NCBI GenBank assembly: GCA_964016885.1 | Contig: OZ024752.1 | Span: 44,826,001 to 44,890,000 of the forward strand | Source of the DNA: Eledone cirrhosa | Taxonomy: Eukaryota | Direction of reading: 5' to 3' | Length of the DNA: 64,000 bases | Shown here: positions 59,597 to 64,000 of the stretch, one piece after another | Layout: every line of letters begins with the position of its first letter | How positions within the stretch are numbered: position 1 is the stretch's first letter | The notes under the pieces: model-generated | The model's input: only the letters and a program-made list of their open reading frames with translations | Told to the model about the DNA's origin: nothing | The model's database searches: none | Made by a program: the position numbers and the translations under genes

Positions 59597-61868
59597 TTCT
59601 ATTCTGAATCTTACTGTGTTAATGCCACTGCCAAATAATTTAAGAAATTACCAACTAAAATATCGAATATATCCATTTCTCCATCAGAGATAATTCGTAT
59701 TGCAATTAAAACTGCAAATATTTTTCTCTTCAGTGAAGCCATTATTTTATCACAGAATTTCTATTTATCTCCTCTTAACAAAACCATTCTATAGAGACTT
59801 GGATATCTTCGATTAAACCAACAGCTAATCTCTTCTTTAGAGGAAATCAGCTGCGATTTTCATCGCTTAGTAAATCACAGGCAATTCATTCTCCTAATGT
59901 TCTTTGTCAAGAAGCTCTGAAGCAATTCAAATAAATAAATAAAATAAATAAATACAATAAATAAAATGAAAATAATAATAGTAATAATAAATAATAATAA
60001 ATAACAAATAAATGAAAAAGAGAAGAATTCGTCATTAATTTGTTCGAAGCTATTTCATCCAAACAGATTTTATTTTTATTTAAACAAGCAATTTTCTGTC
60101 CGATTCTGTTCTTATTGAACACGAAAATCGATCAATTTCTCCAGTTTGCTCGTGTATGCTCTTCGTCTCCTTAACTGTAAACATTAAATAGAAGTAACAT
60201 TGAACATGCTAGATAGAAAGGACTAAGTTTGTAATGAAATACTATGTAATATCATGAGATAGCCATATAAGTGGTCGCTAGAAATAGCAGTGAAATTCTC
60301 TACCACGGAGGTTCCCAAAGTGGGTGGATTTATTCCAACCCCTCACTGTTAATTAAATTTGACTAATCTATCTCCGGCGAAATTTTATTTTATTTTATGT
60401 GGTAGCATTCCTGTAATAATTAATTTTCTTTAGTAGACATTAAAAAAAAAAAAAATTAAACATGACACTTCAATTAAGAACAAACTTTAGACCTGTCAAC
60501 TTTCCTCATCCGACGGGGGAGAGTTTCCACCCACTTTAGGGTGGGTGAGAGATGTCTTCTCTTGTGAAAATTGGTATAGCTTTCATTATCTAAAATCTCC
60601 CAATTTTGCTTCATTTCTTCCCGTTTTGTGGCACTTTTTTTTCACGGTACTCCCTGTTTGGGTCTTTAGAGATTGGCAGGTCTGGAAGTTGATTTGTAAC
60701 GACTCGTTTAACAACGAATGTTATCGTAGAGAAACAGACGTTAAACGAGGAAATGTTGAAATGTATGACATAAGATTTAACAACTCTTGATCAACATAGA
60801 ATGAGATCTTATTTCTACGATATTCTCGTATGTTCTAATGGAATGTGAAATGGACTTCCACCGGTTTTGACGATGACTGTTGCAGGTCTTCGATTAACGG
60901 AACGGCCTACTCAAGAAAACACAACATGTAAGGGGTTAAACATTCCACAGACACGTGTAACCTTAACTTAAACCTTGGAGGGGGGGGGGTGGAGAGTCAG
61001 CGTAACACAGTGAAACAAAAGCTGTCCGACGGGCTTCCGAACAGTTTCCGTCTACAATATCTAATTTAACTTACAAGACATGAGTTGACTGAAGGTTATG
61101 GTACATGGCATTTGTCCAAGATGTCCCACAGTGGAATCGAACCCGGGATCTAATGATTACGAAACGAACTTCTTAACCATTTGGTCCTATTGCGGCCACG
61201 AGTTTATAAAGTTTAATGTTGGCAATAAACAGATTGCCTTTTAGTTTTTTCATTTATTTTACTATTTCTTATTCTAAACAAATTTTTTCTAGAGGAAGAT
61301 TGAAAGATCGAATTTGTAATATATCTACTGTTGATCAAGTTACTCTCCTGAGGCGATGAAATATCAGACAGTGTTTGCCAACGGAAAGAAAATTAAGATA
61401 AAAAAAACACGAGAAAGTCAATATGTAGAAGAAAGATTTCTTAATTAGGCTTGAAGACCTAAGGTTATGTTGGAGAAGGAATTAGGAAACAGTTATGCCT
61501 ACACTTCTCTTCTCCTTTGAGAGTTATTATGATTCTAAATGATATCACCACAATGCAGAATGTAAACCAGGTTGCATGTTGCGTTCATCGATGACTCATT
61601 ACTGCATCAATCAAACAACTGATGTATAATTAGATTTTAACTTTATTTGTCATCATAACCGTCACCATAGCAGAACGACCCACAAGGCCCCAGACCTCAT
61701 TCGATTAACGAGTCAGGTGGGGCTCGTCAAATCCGACCGAGGAAACAATGTTTCCATTGGTATTTCCAATTATTTATACAATCTGTCGGTCGCAAATCCA
61801 GGCAGAAGGAGCAACGTGAAATAAAGTGTCTTGCTCAAGGACATAACGCATTGCCCGCTCAGGGAATC

Positions 61869-61908
<40 letters not shown>

Positions 61909-62849
61909 CGAAGGAGGTGTGGTAAGGAACCAGATGGACCATAACGCACCAGAGTACTCAATACTTAGGGTAGTAGAGTGGGTATATATATTATATGTAT
62001 ATATATGAAACAGCGAGTTTGTAAATAGAAATAGAAGTTTTCGCCGTATTTTTGACTAAAGAAATTTGATAGTGGGGTCTAGAACCCCCTAAGAAATGGA
62101 AAAAGATGAGTATTGAAGTACATGAGTTTGGATCTAGCTGTTGAAACGGCCGGAGTTCAGCCGTCGGGGTCCTGACTCTTTTCCTATTACCCACTCTCTA
62201 CCTTAAGTATCGAGTACTCTGGTGCGTTATGGTCTACCTGGTTCCTTACCACACTTTCTTGATTATATATATATATATATATATATATGAGAGGTTATAA
62301 TATACGTCTAATAGTAGATAATATACGTCTTCACTCTGGTGAGAAGCAATTCCCCCCCACGTCCACTCCCAACCAAATTGTGACCACGAACATTTTCAAT
62401 TACCAATTAAAATATGTTTACGACGTTTCACACTCCGTTGTAAGCGGAAATAACGATTAGAACATGGAACTGTTTATCTATTTGGACTAAACAAGGCGGA
62501 GAAATTATAAATATATAAATGTCAGACAAAAGACAGGTTCCATTTAACATATTATTTATGCCACTTCACGTCTTACTTAAACAAATAATATATTTTCAGA
62601 TTTCAGTTATATAATTAAAGATTGTATAAAAATCTCGATAAGCTGCCAAATGCGTCCAATTAAAAAGACGTAAATTATTTCAGGGTTTTTCAAATATTTA
62701 TTTAATCCCGAATATAAATAGATATAAATACATACTCTAAAATAAAAAAAAAACCCCGGATATGTTTTGATGGGTCGAAGTTCATCTGTTGGAAAATAAG
62801 AAAATATTTATATTACGTGAGTAATGGGACTAAATGAATAAATAATAAT

Positions 62850-63340
62850 AATAATTGTTTCTACTTTTTGGCACAAGGCCAGCAATTAACCCAGTGTATT
62901 ACTGGTACTTTATTTTATCGACCCCCCGTAAGGATGAAAGGCAAAGTTAACCTCGGTGGGATTTGAACTCAGAACGTAAAGGGTCATAACTCTATGCGGC
63001 AAAACATGGTGTCCGACCCTCTACCGATTCTGCCAATCCACCACCCTAATAATAATGGTTTCTTATATAGGCACAAGGCCAGCAATTTTTGGGGAGGGGA
63101 AAATCGATTAAATCGACCCCAGTGCGTGACTGGTACTTTATTTTATCGACGACCCCCGTAAGATTGAAAGGCAAAGTTAACCTCGGCGGGATTTGAACTC
63201 ATAACGTAAAGGGACGTAACTCTATGCTAGAAAGCATGATGTAATAATTGTTTCTACTTTTGGCACAAGGCCAGCAAATTACCCCAGTGCATTACTGGTA
63301 CTTTATTTTATCGACCCCGTAAGGATGAAAGGCAAAGTTT
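62850..63340 (-). mobile_element. Tandem cluster of three MetaSINE-like copies
   Basis: Repeated ggcacaaggccagcaatt...gtactttattttatcgaccccgtaaggatgaaaggcaaag. Confidence 0.8.
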
Positions 63341-63734
63341 GTAATAATGATAATAATAATGATAATAATAATAATAATGATGATGATGATGATGATTATG
63401 ATGATGATGATGATGATGATGGGAATTATTGTAGTAATATTACAAAAAGAAAACCAAAAAACCAAAAAAAAAACAAACCAAAAACACAGACAAAAGGAAA
63501 GGAATAACATAAAAGAGCAGGGAGGACATGTTTGATTGAGTGATTTTTGAGAGAAAGCCAAAGTAAATGGAGTGAAGAACCTCTTCATTTAATTGCCAGT
63601 TTATTTGATAAGAGAGTGAAAAGTATGAATATATGAGCAGATATTTAGAGGAAGGAAGAAACAGCTCAGTTTATACCTTAACAGTTTAAAAACATTGTTA
63701 TAACGTGTTGGCTTATTGTAAGCTGTTATTAGGA

Positions 63735-64000
63735 AGGTGTGGGTGTTGTGTGGTGGAAGGGATAAGGAGGGGACAAAGGTGTGGGTGTTGTGTGGTGGAA
63801 GGGATAAGGAGGGGACAAAGGTGTGGGTGTTGTGTGGTGGAAGGGATAAGGAGGGGACAAAGGTGTGGGTGTTGTGTGGTGGAAGGGATAAGGAGGGGAC
63901 AAAGGTGTGGGTGTTGTGTGGTGGAAGGGATAAGGAGGGGACAAAGGTGTGGGTGTTGTGTGGTGGAAGGGATAAGGAGGGGACAAAGGTGTGGGTGTTG
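63735..64000. repeat. 42-bp G-rich minisatellite running off the window end
   Basis: aggtgtgggtgttgtgtggtggaagggataaggaggggacaa. Confidence 0.92.

Overview
AT-rich, microsatellite-saturated animal genomic DNA. The repeat landscape ((TA)n tracts, MetaSINE-type tRNA SINEs, RTE LINE ends with (GAT)n tails, Penelope-like relics) suggests a coleoid cephalopod, probably an octopod (inference). Two convergent intron-rich genes can be rebuilt exon by exon with canonical GT-AG sites and consistent phases. The first is RBM17/SPF45 on + (12 coding exons, 12051-19593, 442 aa, G-patch + UHM). The second is an intact SLC18/VMAT-like vesicular transporter on - (16 well-supported exons 35880-25438 plus a probable first coding exon at 43734-43684; about 486 aa). 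It keeps the VMAT scaffold, cytoplasmic gate residues and a dileucine sorting motif, but has lost the amine-binding acids (VMAT2 E312, D399) and most luminal aromatic residues, so it may carry a different cargo. The window also holds several type I hammerhead ribozyme motifs of the Penelope-like class, some inside perfect long palindromes in introns. Other elements: a CRE/RLE-type non-LTR fragment with a 12-bp flanking duplication, a TTAA-flanked MITE family expanding into a 72-bp satellite, and many minisatellites. Almost all long ORFs in the supplied track are simple-repeat artefacts.
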